From a virus (Duplodnaviria; Caudoviricetes): a stretch of 51,375 bases of DNA. Positions 1-7,827 of the stretch are shown here, one piece after another. The notes beneath the pieces are model-generated. The model searched no databases, had not been told where the DNA came from, and saw only the letters and a program-made list of their open reading frames with translations. Made by a program: the position numbers and the translations under genes. Positions within the stretch are counted from its first letter, which is position 1; every line of letters starts with the position of its first letter. The stretch lies in IMG/VR virus record IMGVR_UViG_3300046719_000018, positions 1 to 51,375 of that record. One strand, written 5' to 3'.

Positions 1-127
1 CGGGCGGCGCCGACTCTACTTGCCAATCGAGCACGGCATACCCGCTGGTACCATCAGCAACACTCAGAGGGATGCTCGCCTTCCTGGAGCAGTGGATGAT
101 CAGGTCATCGACAGACACGCCCCTGAG
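1..127. repeat. 127-bp exact terminal overlap (copy 1), indicating a circular assembly
   Basis: 1-127 is identical to 51249-51375; 127 is a common assembler k-mer; an ORF reads through the junction. Confidence 0.95.
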
Positions 128-193
128 CGAGGTCGTAGTGACCCGCTTGGTGAGAACGAAGCTTTGTCCGGGGCTGCCGATGACCGAAAGCAC
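1..193 (-). CDS. 5' part of an origin-spanning hypothetical protein (146 aa in total; continues at 51248->51001)
   Basis: GTG at 193 lies just after the stop of 195..536; frame MLSVIGSPGQSFVLTKRVTTTSLRGVSVDDL... joins the 51001..51366 ORF. Confidence 0.7.
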   Translation of the reverse strand, partial: MLSVIGSPGQSFVLTKRVTTTSLRGVSVDDLIIHCSRKASIPLSVADGTSGYAVLDWQVESAPP

Positions 194-194
194 T

Positions 195-536
195 TCAGTC
201 CTCGGCGTCGGGCGTGTACTGCACCTTGCGGGTGACTGGAGTCTGGATCGCCTTGACGATGCTGCCGAAGTGGGTCGCGTAGTTGTCCACCTGGGCTTGC
301 AGGTTCGCGATCTCCTGCTTCGTCTTGCGCTTGTAGGAGTCGTACTCCTTCGTGATTTCGAGCATCTTCTCCTGCGCGTCCCGGTGAACGTCCTCGAGGT
401 CGGTTTCGAGCTCCGTGATGCGCTGGTACATCACCTTGGTGTCCGCAATCACCTGATTCCCGGCCGCAGAGAGCCGGTCATAGGCTGCGGAGACGTTCTC
501 GTTCGCGGTGCTGGTGCGCTGAGCCTTCTTTGCCAT
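195..536 (-). CDS. Hypothetical coiled-coil protein between the two terminase halves
   Basis: 113 aa, helical and charged; abuts the TerL-ATPase stop. Confidence 0.7.
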   Translation of the reverse strand: MAKKAQRTSTANENVSAAYDRLSAAGNQVIADTKVMYQRITELETDLEDVHRDAQEKMLEITKEYDSYKRKTKQEIANLQAQVDNYATHFGSIVKAIQTPVTRKVQYTPDAED

Positions 537-1337
537 CTAGGCTGCCTCCTGTAGGAATAGCTTCCGAGCCTCAGCGCGAGCGCGCTGGTAATTCCATGGC
601 TCGATCAACGGATCGTTGAAGTAGGAGCCTGGATTCACGGTCGAAACCGCCCAGAGCTGCCCGTGTTTCTTGCCTGAGCCGCGCATCGTGGGCAGCACTG
701 CCTCCCACATGTCCTCGGCGTTCGGCATGAACGCGATCTCGTCCCAGAACACGATCCGGTGAGTGAACGAACGGAGCTGGTGATCGCCCTGGTTGTAGGG
801 AAGGATCCAGGAACCCCACTCGACCCACTGCCCGCCGACGAACTTCGCATCGACGCGGAACTGACCTTTGCTCTCTGGTACGTGGTACATGTCCTTGAGC
901 CAAACGGGCAGCATCTCCCACATGGGCCGCTTCAGGTGCTCCTCGATGTGCCGCTCGCCATCGCCGCCCTTCTGGGTGACGTAGGCGATGGTGGTCGAGG
1001 GCATCTCGAGCACGCGATAGAGCGCGCACGCCTTCGCGATCCAGGTCTTGAGCACGCGCCGGCTCGCCGGGAGCAGAAACTTGTGCTCCACCATGAAGGA
1101 GTCGGCTGCATGACCGATGTAGGGGTACTGCGGGAAGCGCTTGATGGGGCTCGAGGCCATCTCGAGCTCGTCGCGAGTGAAGCAGGCTTCGTAGATGAAC
1201 GCCCGCTGCGCTGCGCACCGCGCCGCGTACCATTCCTCGCTCAAAGGCTCGCCTGGAAGCTCCGGAAACCACCGCGCAAGCGCGGCAGACGCCGCGGTCT
1301 TGGCGATCTGGGCTCGGAGCCGCTCGATCTCGCTCAA
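537..1337 (-). CDS. terL: Terminase large subunit, N-terminal ATPase portion (split gene)
   Basis: Deviant Walker A (PASRRVLKT), Walker B (IVFWDEIAF), motif III-like AVSTVNPG; no nuclease domain. Confidence 0.8.
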   Translation of the reverse strand: MSEIERLRAQIAKTAASAALARWFPELPGEPLSEEWYAARCAAQRAFIYEACFTRDELEMASSPIKRFPQYPYIGHAADSFMVEHKFLLPASRRVLKTWIAKACALYRVLEMPSTTIAYVTQKGGDGERHIEEHLKRPMWEMLPVWLKDMYHVPESKGQFRVDAKFVGGQWVEWGSWILPYNQGDHQLRSFTHRIVFWDEIAFMPNAEDMWEAVLPTMRGSGKKHGQLWAVSTVNPGSYFNDPLIEPWNYQRARAEARKLFLQEAA

Positions 1338-1786
1338 AGCGTCTCCTGCGGTACCTCAGAGTCCGATTCGGTCCTGCTTAGGGCTGCGAGGAGCTCTTTC
1401 CGAGCATCTTCGGAGAGGTGACTCGCGTCCTGAGCCATCTTTTCGATGGCTTCGCGCTCGCCAACGAGGACCAACGGCCCGCCACTCTTCGGGCCAGGCG
1501 GTCGGGGCGGAACGATCTGCCGCATCGTCGTTCCGATGCTGAGCATCAGCCGCTCGTAGGCGTATGCAGCCTTGGCGTTCCCCGGATCTCGATCCATGGC
1601 CGCTTCGAGCTTCGGGATGCGCGCTTCTACACCAGAAAGCCACTTCTCCATGAGGGAAAGCGCCCGCGTTTCCATGTCGAGGCGCTTCTTCCGGTTCTCC
1701 TCGTGCTGCTCGAGCTCGTCCATGTCGGGCAGCGCGCTGAGCGCACGCGGATCGAGACGATCCCCGATCCGTTTCGGACGTGGCAT
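1334..1786 (-). CDS. Putative terminase small subunit
   Basis: 150-aa helical protein overlapping the TerL-ATPase start by 4 nt; positional inference. Confidence 0.5.
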   Translation of the reverse strand: MPRPKRIGDRLDPRALSALPDMDELEQHEENRKKRLDMETRALSLMEKWLSGVEARIPKLEAAMDRDPGNAKAAYAYERLMLSIGTTMRQIVPPRPPGPKSGGPLVLVGEREAIEKMAQDASHLSEDARKELLAALSRTESDSEVPQETL

Positions 1787-1792
1787 AGCGCG

Positions 1793-1821
1793 ACTGTACC
1801 CAAACCCGACAGGTGTGTCAA
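1793..1821 (-). promoter_or_regulatory. Sigma70-type promoter TTGACA-N17-TACAGT, 6 nt before the ATG at 1786 (leaderless geometry)
   Basis: Consensus -35, 17-nt spacer, TAnnnT -10. Confidence 0.7.
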
Positions 1822-1884
1822 GAGGGACACGTTCCGTTTCGGAACAGTGGTCGCGTCTCGTTCGAGTGTGTCCGGACGGACACA
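1815..1884. promoter_or_regulatory. Two GTGTC-N6-GACAC palindromes (1815-1830, 1868-1883), operator-like
   Basis: First copy overlaps the -35 box; hairpin GTTCCG-TTT-CGGAAC lies between the two. Confidence 0.55.
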
Positions 1885-1897
1885 GGCTGAAACGGAT

Positions 1898-2101
1898 CTA
1901 CTTGGGAAGGCCTGGGGGCGGCGTTCGGGGAGCGGGCTTGGCCCGGTCGAACATGCGGCGGGCGAGGCGTGGGGAGGTGCGCATCACCTCGCGGGCAAGG
2001 ACTCCGGTACGGCCCTTCTCGGCAGCCTGCCGCAGCCGCTTCGCCAGCGCCGGCTTCTTGCGCTTCCGGCTCTTAGGCAAGCCAGTGGCTCCGCATGTCA
2101 A
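1898..2101 (-). CDS. Small basic hypothetical protein
   Basis: 67 aa, K/R-rich, overlaps the GT17 3' end. Confidence 0.45.
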   Translation of the reverse strand: MTCGATGLPKSRKRKKPALAKRLRQAAEKGRTGVLAREVMRTSPRLARRMFDRAKPAPRTPPPGLPK

Positions 2102-2864
2102 CGCCGCTTCTGACGTAGGCTGGGAAGTCCTCGGGGTGCTGCGGATCGAACTTCACCGGCCACAACTTCCTACCGGTGTACGCGATGCCGTGCTTGATGC
2201 ACCACTCGAGCGCGGGTTTCATCTCGGCGAGCTCGGGATGCGTGAAGCTGTCGATCTTCTCCCGGCACGCTGCTGCGCCACCAAACCACGACAGGTGCCA
2301 GCCGGCATCTGGGATGACCTTCGCCAGCGGCCTGGTGCTCCGCACCCGATGCAGCCCGATCTTCCTCGCGTGGGCCGCTCGGGTGATTCCTGTACCCACC
2401 CACTGCTCCGGATGAAGCCAGTTGAACCCGTAGACGTGATGCCGCATCCCTAGCGCAACCACCTCGCCGGCTCCAGGACGGACCAGCGTCATCTCGCGCC
2501 GTGGGATCTCGTCTACGTCGCCGAAGATCACCACGTCGCCGTCCTCGGCGTCCTCCATGCCGCGGAGCCCAGCCTCCTCCTGAATCAGGAAGCGGTTCCA
2601 GTGGTCGCTGTCCTTCCAGGTGCTGCCCGTGGCTGGCAGAGCGTTCGGGTCGGACAAGTCCGCGACGATGTGGTTCAGCTTCGGAGCGAAGTAGCGGAAA
2701 CGACGGGCGTGCTTGTCGAACACCGTCTCGCGCTTGGCCCCCTGGTGCGTATGCGTGCCTTCGACGATCACGAACCGATGAACGTGGTCTGCGAGCTCGG
2801 CCAGCCTGCACTCGAGCACGTCCAGCTCGTTGCTGAACGTGAACACGTCGTAGACCTTAGACAT
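2073..2864 (-). CDS. Glycosyltransferase family 17 (GnT-III-like GlcNAc transferase fold)
   Basis: YDVFTFSNELDVLECRL, FVIVEGTHTHQG, GDVDEIP (DxD), GWHLSWFGG, KIDSFTH; start moved to the TGATG-coupled ATG at 2864. Confidence 0.85.
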   Translation of the reverse strand: MSKVYDVFTFSNELDVLECRLAELADHVHRFVIVEGTHTHQGAKRETVFDKHARRFRYFAPKLNHIVADLSDPNALPATGSTWKDSDHWNRFLIQEEAGLRGMEDAEDGDVVIFGDVDEIPRREMTLVRPGAGEVVALGMRHHVYGFNWLHPEQWVGTGITRAAHARKIGLHRVRSTRPLAKVIPDAGWHLSWFGGAAACREKIDSFTHPELAEMKPALEWCIKHGIAYTGRKLWPVKFDPQHPEDFPAYVRSGVDMRSHWLA

Positions 2865-3064
2865 CAGCGGTATTCGGTCGTCGTCTCGCCGGTCAGGAAG
2901 TTGTAGACGAGTGACCGGCGCTTGGCCGGAGACAGAGCGCCGTGCCAGTGGCACTGATGGCCGTCACCCTCGGTGAACCACATCATCACGGCCGCGTACC
3001 ACGCTTCGCCTGTGGTCGCGAACGTGCGCTTGGTCCGGGCGGCTGGCGACTCGTAGTCTTTCAT
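2864..3064 (-). CDS. Hypothetical protein
   Basis: 66 aa, translationally coupled on both sides. Confidence 0.6.
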   Translation of the reverse strand: MKDYESPAARTKRTFATTGEAWYAAVMMWFTEGDGHQCHWHGALSPAKRRSLVYNFLTGETTTEYR

Positions 3065-3321
3065 CGGTTCGACCCGATATTGATCGCTCGCCCGCGGTCA
3101 TTGACCGTCCAGATACCATGCTCGGTCATCCAGTACGGCCGGCCTTCGAGCTTCATCACGCCGGTAATCGGCTCGGGGAGGGTGACTACGTGTTGCTCAG
3201 GAAAGGCTGGCTCGTACTCTCGAATCCAATCTTCCGGCTCTGGCGCTGGAGATGCCTTCCGCCAGAACGCGAGCGCACCGAGGGCGGCGGTCAGGGTGCC
3301 GACGAATCCGCGACGGGTCAT
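3061..3321 (-). CDS. Hypothetical protein with twin-arginine-like N-terminus
   Basis: MTRRGFVGTLTAALGALAF resembles a Tat signal (T-R-R-x-F-V). Confidence 0.6.
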   Translation of the reverse strand: MTRRGFVGTLTAALGALAFWRKASPAPEPEDWIREYEPAFPEQHVVTLPEPITGVMKLEGRPYWMTEHGIWTVNDRGRAINIGSNR

Positions 3322-3506
3322 CGGAGCAGGTTCCGTTCAATCGCCTCGCGGATGCGAAGGTTTCGGAGCGCGAGATTGATCTGCTCTGCCGTGTACGGCT
3401 TGTCGCCCATGGCAGCTCGAACCCTCGATTCAACCACGTCCATCTGCCGCTGAACGGCCTTCTCGAACGGAACGACGGCCGGCGCTTCGTAGCGGCGGCG
3501 GATCAT
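3318..3506 (-). CDS. Hypothetical protein
   Basis: 62 aa with ATGA overlaps. Confidence 0.55.
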   Translation of the reverse strand: MIRRRYEAPAVVPFEKAVQRQMDVVESRVRAAMGDKPYTAEQINLALRNLRIREAIERNLLR

Positions 3507-3781
3507 TCGCCCTTCCTCACCGGGTACGTCATTCCACGGCTGCCGGGAACGGGCTTCGGCCTCGAAAGGTGCTGGTATACCTCGTCGAGCCGCTGGTTGC
3601 CGACCACGAGCTCCGCTACGCTCGGGAAGAACAGCGGCTCAGGGTACAAACGCCAAGCGTCGGGCCGGGGCCGCTGCGCCTGAATCTTCTGCTCGTCCTG
3701 CACCCGCCACCGCTCCAGCATTCCCTCAATCAGCGATACCGCCTGACGTGCCCGCTTCTCCTGGAGACGTTCGTTCGTCAT
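3503..3781 (-). CDS. Hypothetical protein
   Basis: Probable start MTNERLQEK at 3781; coupled to the next gene. Confidence 0.5.
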   Translation of the reverse strand: MTNERLQEKRARQAVSLIEGMLERWRVQDEQKIQAQRPRPDAWRLYPEPLFFPSVAELVVGNQRLDEVYQHLSRPKPVPGSRGMTYPVRKGE

Positions 3782-4362
3782 AGGACGCGCCCATCCTACC
3801 ACGAACCGCTTGCGTCTCCGATCCCGACAGTCGTACACTGCCCCACAGTAGGAGCCCGGGGAACATCCGACCTGAATCGGGTACCCCGGTCTGGCGACGC
3901 AAGTAGCCACAGCGGCAACACCGGAAGCTCATACCAGCAGCGTCACGAACTCCCGACGCCAGCGAGCCGGCTCCAAGCCGCTCCCAATTCAGGCCCCGCT
4001 TCCACCGCGGGGGGATAGGGGGGCCTTCCCCTGCCCCGTCACCAGCTCATCACCCCGCTCCGGCCCACCCCGTACCGTGTCATCCCTGCAACACTGCGCC
4101 GCCGCTCGGTACTATATCCGCTCGGTCGTAACGCTCACCGACACCCGCCGGGCATTTCCGCGACGGGGCTGCCAGCGCCGGGCTGTGGGGCCCCATTGGG
4201 CCCCTGGCCTAGCGCAGCAGCAGCGCAGCGCAGCTCAGCATGTTGCGGCACGAGCACGCGCGAGCAGGAGCAGCGCATCGCATCGGACATGAGCGATAGG
4301 ACGTAGCCCGTCCGTAGCAGGCATAGCATGTCCTGCTCGAGCTGGAGCGATTCTCCGATGCG

Positions 4363-4662
4363 CTATTCTTGCTCGTCTAGTGCGGCTGCTAGGTCTAACA
4401 GCGATGGTACTGGCGTGATGGGCTTCGCGTTCGTATCGTTCGATGTTAGTGCGAGTTGTCGTTTGCGTACTTGGTCGGGTCGATTGGCAACAGCAGCTCG
4501 AGCGCGAGCGGAGCGTTGTTCTGGCGTCATGCGTTCCGCGGTTGTCCTGCCACCTTTGGAGCGGTCCCTGTTCGTAAGGGCCGTGCTCAGAATATGTGCA
4601 GCTTGGGCATACGTTATCACCTGACCGCAATGCGGGCACGTTCCTGCTCGCTTCTTTGCCAT
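4363..4662 (-). CDS. Small basic protein with CxxC and a KGG...MTPEQRS motif (putative nucleic-acid binding)
   Basis: CPHC; SKGGRTTAERMTPEQRSARARAA; has its own promoter. Confidence 0.65.
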   Translation of the reverse strand: MAKKRAGTCPHCGQVITYAQAAHILSTALTNRDRSKGGRTTAERMTPEQRSARARAAVANRPDQVRKRQLALTSNDTNAKPITPVPSLLDLAAALDEQE

Positions 4663-4668
4663 GCTTGC

Positions 4669-4697
4669 ATCCTAATCTAACTGCGCTGTCCTGTCAA
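4669..4697 (-). promoter_or_regulatory. Sigma70-type promoter TTGACA-N17-TAGGAT, 6 nt before the ATG at 4662 (leaderless geometry)
   Basis: Consensus boxes and spacing. Confidence 0.7.
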
Positions 4698-4853
4698 GAG
4701 CCCCCGTTCTGCCTGCTTCTTGCTCATTTGCCATAGTCTAAGTGTGCAGTTAGAGTGTCTACTGATAGACACGGTTTCGGTAGAGTCCGCGTCTATGCTA
4801 GGTTATTCATCTAGGAGCGCTGTGGCATTATAGTTGCTCCTATATAGGGCATC
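4698..4853. promoter_or_regulatory. AT-richer divergent control region between the two genome arms
   Basis: Strand switch; palindrome GTGTCTA-CTGA-TAGACAC (4755-4772); inverted repeat TAGGAGC/GCTCCTA around TATAGT. Confidence 0.55.
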
Positions 4854-5306
4854 ATGCAGCGAGTAACAGACGAAGTTAAGGCGGCTGGCGGTATCAGGCT
4901 GGCGGGCGGAGCGAGCGGTTGCCGTTCCGAATGGCGCGAGCTGCGGCAGCTCATGGGTAAGGCGGGCATAGGCGTATTTGCGCCGGCAGCAAGGCTACAA
5001 GCCCTCCCGCCCGACGTTATGGCCGCTCACCTAGGCCTAGAGTCCGATGAAGCGCTACGTGAAGCCCTGCTGTCCGAGTATGAAGCGCCGGCTCAGTCCG
5101 AGCGCACGTTTCTGGCTGGACTCGAGGAAGCGGAAGAGGAGCAAGTTGCTCGTCTGACGCTCGAGATCGAGTGGGATGCGGAGCGTCGAGCATGGGTAGC
5201 TCGAGATTGGTCGGGCGAGGAGTTGATCGTTCACTGGGAAGCGGAGCGGATCGTCCGCGCCGCCTTGGGCGCGGGCATGTTGCTCGGCCAATCGGAGGAG
5301 CTGTGA
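4854..5306 (+). CDS. Hypothetical early protein
   Basis: 150 aa, first gene of the plus arm. Confidence 0.6.
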   Translation: MQRVTDEVKAAGGIRLAGGASGCRSEWRELRQLMGKAGIGVFAPAARLQALPPDVMAAHLGLESDEALREALLSEYEAPAQSERTFLAGLEEAEEEQVARLTLEIEWDAERRAWVARDWSGEELIVHWEAERIVRAALGAGMLLGQSEEL

Positions 5307-5446
5307 CCTATCTCGAGCGAATCAGAAACCTCATGTCGTTTCACGCGGCAGCCCGAACCGAGAGAATGCGCCAAGTCTACCTTGGTTTGATTCGCTCGAA
5401 CGCGCGGCAGCTCGTTCGCTCGCAAGCATGGCGAGTCAGTCTCTAG
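5303..5446 (+). CDS. Hypothetical protein
   Basis: GGAGGAG RBS, GTGA overlap, 47 aa. Confidence 0.5.
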   Translation: MTYLERIRNLMSFHAAARTERMRQVYLGLIRSNARQLVRSQAWRVSL

Positions 5447-5449
5447 GCC

Positions 5450-5635
5450 ATGGCAAAGCAAGCCTATCTTCTGGCTCCCCCGGGCGAACCTGACGGCTCC
5501 GACCTAGCCTGCCCGGACTGTGGCAAGCCGGTCAGTCCGCTGTTCGGTCCTGCTCAGCGAGCGCTCATTCCCGGCGCTCCCGAAGTCCACATTCGTTGTC
5601 TCGAAGCCCGGAATCGGGCAGAACGGAAGGAATAA
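5450..5635 (+). CDS. Small Zn-binding hypothetical protein
   Basis: CPDC...HIRC. Confidence 0.55.
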   Translation: MAKQAYLLAPPGEPDGSDLACPDCGKPVSPLFGPAQRALIPGAPEVHIRCLEARNRAERKE

Positions 5636-5637
5636 CA

Positions 5638-6600
5638 ATGGCGCATCTTCTGGAATCGATGTTTTACGCGGGCGAAACGCCCTGGCACAAGCTCGGAACC
5701 AAGGTTGCCGCGAACCTGCCTTGGCAGGATGCGATCGTCGCCGCGGGACTGGATTGGACGGTCGGACTGCGCGACACGTTCACGTATTACCGCGGCGACA
5801 TGATCCCAGCGCTCGCTCAGGCTGTCATGCGCGAGACGGACGGGCGCGTGCTCGGCTCGGTTTCGGACGGATACGCGCCGATCCAGAACCGCGAAGCGTT
5901 CGCGCTGTTCGGCGAGCTGTTCGGGGATGCCGCTGTCCTCAACACGGCGGGCAGCCTGAAGGGTGGCGCGACGGTCTGGGGATTGGCCGAGATTCCCGGC
6001 GACTACGCGCCAGCCGGCGACAAGCACAAGCGCTACGTGCTCTGTACCACGTCTCACGATGGCACGCGCTCACTCCGTGCGCTTCCCACGGCGGTTCGTG
6101 TGGTCTGCAACAACACTCTGACCATGGCGCTCCGTGACCTGTCCGAGTGCAAGTCTGTGCGGCACTCGGGAGACGTGCAAGGCAAGATCGCAACCACGGG
6201 CAAGACACTCGCGGGCATCCTGAAGGGCTTTGACACGTTCGCGGATCAGGCGGAAACGCTCGCTTCGCGCCGGCTCACCGCCGCGGATGCGATGGCCGTG
6301 CTCAAGACCGTTTTCGGCGACTCCAAGCGAGCCGAGTCCAGCATCGCGGATGCCGCGGAGCGGTCCGTCTACGGGCCCGGCAACGCGACGCACAAGGGAA
6401 CGGCCTGGGCCCTTCTGCAAGGCGTGACGGAGCACGTTGACCACGCGCGCCAGCCGCGAGCAGACGCGGAACGCCGCGTGACCTATCAGACGCTCGGGAG
6501 CGGAGCCGAGATGAAGCGCAAGACGCTCACCTTGCTCCTGGACGCGCCCGAAGCCCCGGCCGGCTCGCTGCTGGACGCCGTTCTGGCCGTCACCGAGTAG
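5638..6600 (+). CDS. DUF932/DUF945-like phage/plasmid protein
   Basis: MFYAGETPWHKLG, Y.PIQN.EAF, TAGSLKGG, SHDG, VRVVCNNTL, GTAWALLQGVTEHVDH; AAGGA RBS. Confidence 0.85.
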   Translation: MAHLLESMFYAGETPWHKLGTKVAANLPWQDAIVAAGLDWTVGLRDTFTYYRGDMIPALAQAVMRETDGRVLGSVSDGYAPIQNREAFALFGELFGDAAVLNTAGSLKGGATVWGLAEIPGDYAPAGDKHKRYVLCTTSHDGTRSLRALPTAVRVVCNNTLTMALRDLSECKSVRHSGDVQGKIATTGKTLAGILKGFDTFADQAETLASRRLTAADAMAVLKTVFGDSKRAESSIADAAERSVYGPGNATHKGTAWALLQGVTEHVDHARQPRADAERRVTYQTLGSGAEMKRKTLTLLLDAPEAPAGSLLDAVLAVTE

Positions 6601-6612
6601 CACCATCCGGCC

Positions 6613-6656
6613 GAGTAGGCCGGTAGCTTGCCCCGCGGCAGGCTTCCAGCCTACTC
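6613..6656 (+). other. Long intergenic stem-loop (about 18 bp stem)
   Basis: GAGTAGGC...GCCTACTC outer stem; AGCTTGCC/GGCAGGCT inner stem; no U-tract. Confidence 0.6.
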
Positions 6657-6681
6657 CACAAACCCTACAGGAGACTGACCA

Positions 6682-7014
6682 ATGCCGAGCATCAGCAAGA
6701 CGTGGTATCCAACGAATAAAAGCCCGATCCGATGCGTCGATTGCGACTTGCTCTGCTCGACTGGCACCGCTCGAATCTGGCGAGCCAAGGGCGGACGCAA
6801 CGCCTGGAAGGGCGCGCACCGCGACAAGGATGCCTGTCCCTTCTTCAATCGCTCGCTCGACCTGACCTGTACCTGCTGCGGCTTCACCGGCCAGCAGACC
6901 AAGCCGCGCGAGACTTGGGAGACCGATCCCGAGACGCTTTGCCCAGCTTGCTCTGAGACCTTGCACCCGCCGGAACCGTTCGACGACCAAGACCCGCTCG
7001 GCCTCGGCTACTGA
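6682..7014 (+). CDS. Cys-rich zinc-finger-like protein
   Basis: CVDC, CTCC, CPAC; AGGAG RBS. Confidence 0.65.
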   Translation: MPSISKTWYPTNKSPIRCVDCDLLCSTGTARIWRAKGGRNAWKGAHRDKDACPFFNRSLDLTCTCCGFTGQQTKPRETWETDPETLCPACSETLHPPEPFDDQDPLGLGY

Positions 7015-7041
7015 CCCGAACCATCGAAAGGAGACCACGCC

Positions 7042-7224
7042 ATGACCTGCCACTACAGAGGCAACGAACGCATCAGCAACGAAACGCACGAGCTGCCCGG
7101 CGAGGACCGCCCGCGCTCTGTCCGTCCATTCGACCATGGAATCACCGAGGCGGACGTTGAGGCCGCGTTCAACGCAATCCGTTCCGACCTGACCGACGCC
7201 AGCCCGATCCCGCAGGCACGGTAG
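7042..7224 (+). CDS. Hypothetical protein
   Basis: AAAGGAG RBS, 60 aa. Confidence 0.55.
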   Translation: MTCHYRGNERISNETHELPGEDRPRSVRPFDHGITEADVEAAFNAIRSDLTDASPIPQAR

Positions 7225-7226
7225 CC

Positions 7227-7472
7227 ATGAAACTCCCGCTTAAGCTTCGAAGCGAAAACCAAAACGTTGGCCTTGAGGACGCGGCTGGTGAATGGCTCGC
7301 GTGGTTTGCGAAAGAGGACGCGGAAACTATCGTCCGCGCCGTCAACAACCACGCGGAACTGCTGAAGGGAGCGCGGGAAACCATCGAGGCGTGCCTGGAC
7401 TGTGCCGACCTGGATTGCGACAGCGCAGCCCATCAAACGTTGCGAGAAGCTATCGCGAAAAGTGAGCGGTAG
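7227..7472 (+). CDS. Hypothetical phage protein
   Basis: AETIVRAVNNHAELL and AIAK C-terminus, common in small early phage proteins. Confidence 0.65.
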   Translation: MKLPLKLRSENQNVGLEDAAGEWLAWFAKEDAETIVRAVNNHAELLKGARETIEACLDCADLDCDSAAHQTLREAIAKSER

Positions 7473-7474
7473 CC

Positions 7475-7699
7475 ATGACTTACCATCCAGCAACTTTCCC
7501 CGAACAAAGCTATTGCAAGGACTGCCGTTCAGGCCGGGGCGAGAACGATTGGATTACCCTCTGTCCGCTCCACGCATCCGCGCCGGATCTGCTCGCGGTG
7601 TGCAAGATTATTGCAGGCGAACCGGCTGGGCCGTACGGGATTAGCGCGTTCAAACTGGATGAGATGCTCCGCGCCGCCATCGCCAAGGCCGAGAAGTAG
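7475..7699 (+). CDS. Hypothetical phage protein (APDLL type)
   Basis: CPLHASAPDLL...AAIAKAE. Confidence 0.65.
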   Translation: MTYHPATFPEQSYCKDCRSGRGENDWITLCPLHASAPDLLAVCKIIAGEPAGPYGISAFKLDEMLRAAIAKAEK

Positions 7700-7827
7700 A
7701 CCGCTGTCCGGGCTCGCTCGAGACTGAGTGGCGCCCGGTCAACGGTTTCCAAACCCTGCCGATACAACGACGGTGAGCAGCGGGCAATGCACCCGCGAGC
7801 CAATCACCTGTCCCCGCAGGAGGCACT

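Noticed and set aside
1-127. Terminal repeat as a biological direct terminal repeat
   Set aside because: Its length equals a typical assembler k-mer and it falls in the middle of a gene; treated as a circularisation overlap
195-536. Intron or split intein explaining the divided terminase
   Set aside because: No HNH, LAGLIDADG or GIY-YIG motif in the intervening ORFs and no intein terminal residues on either half; the ORFs are coupled like normal genes (splicing not formally excluded)
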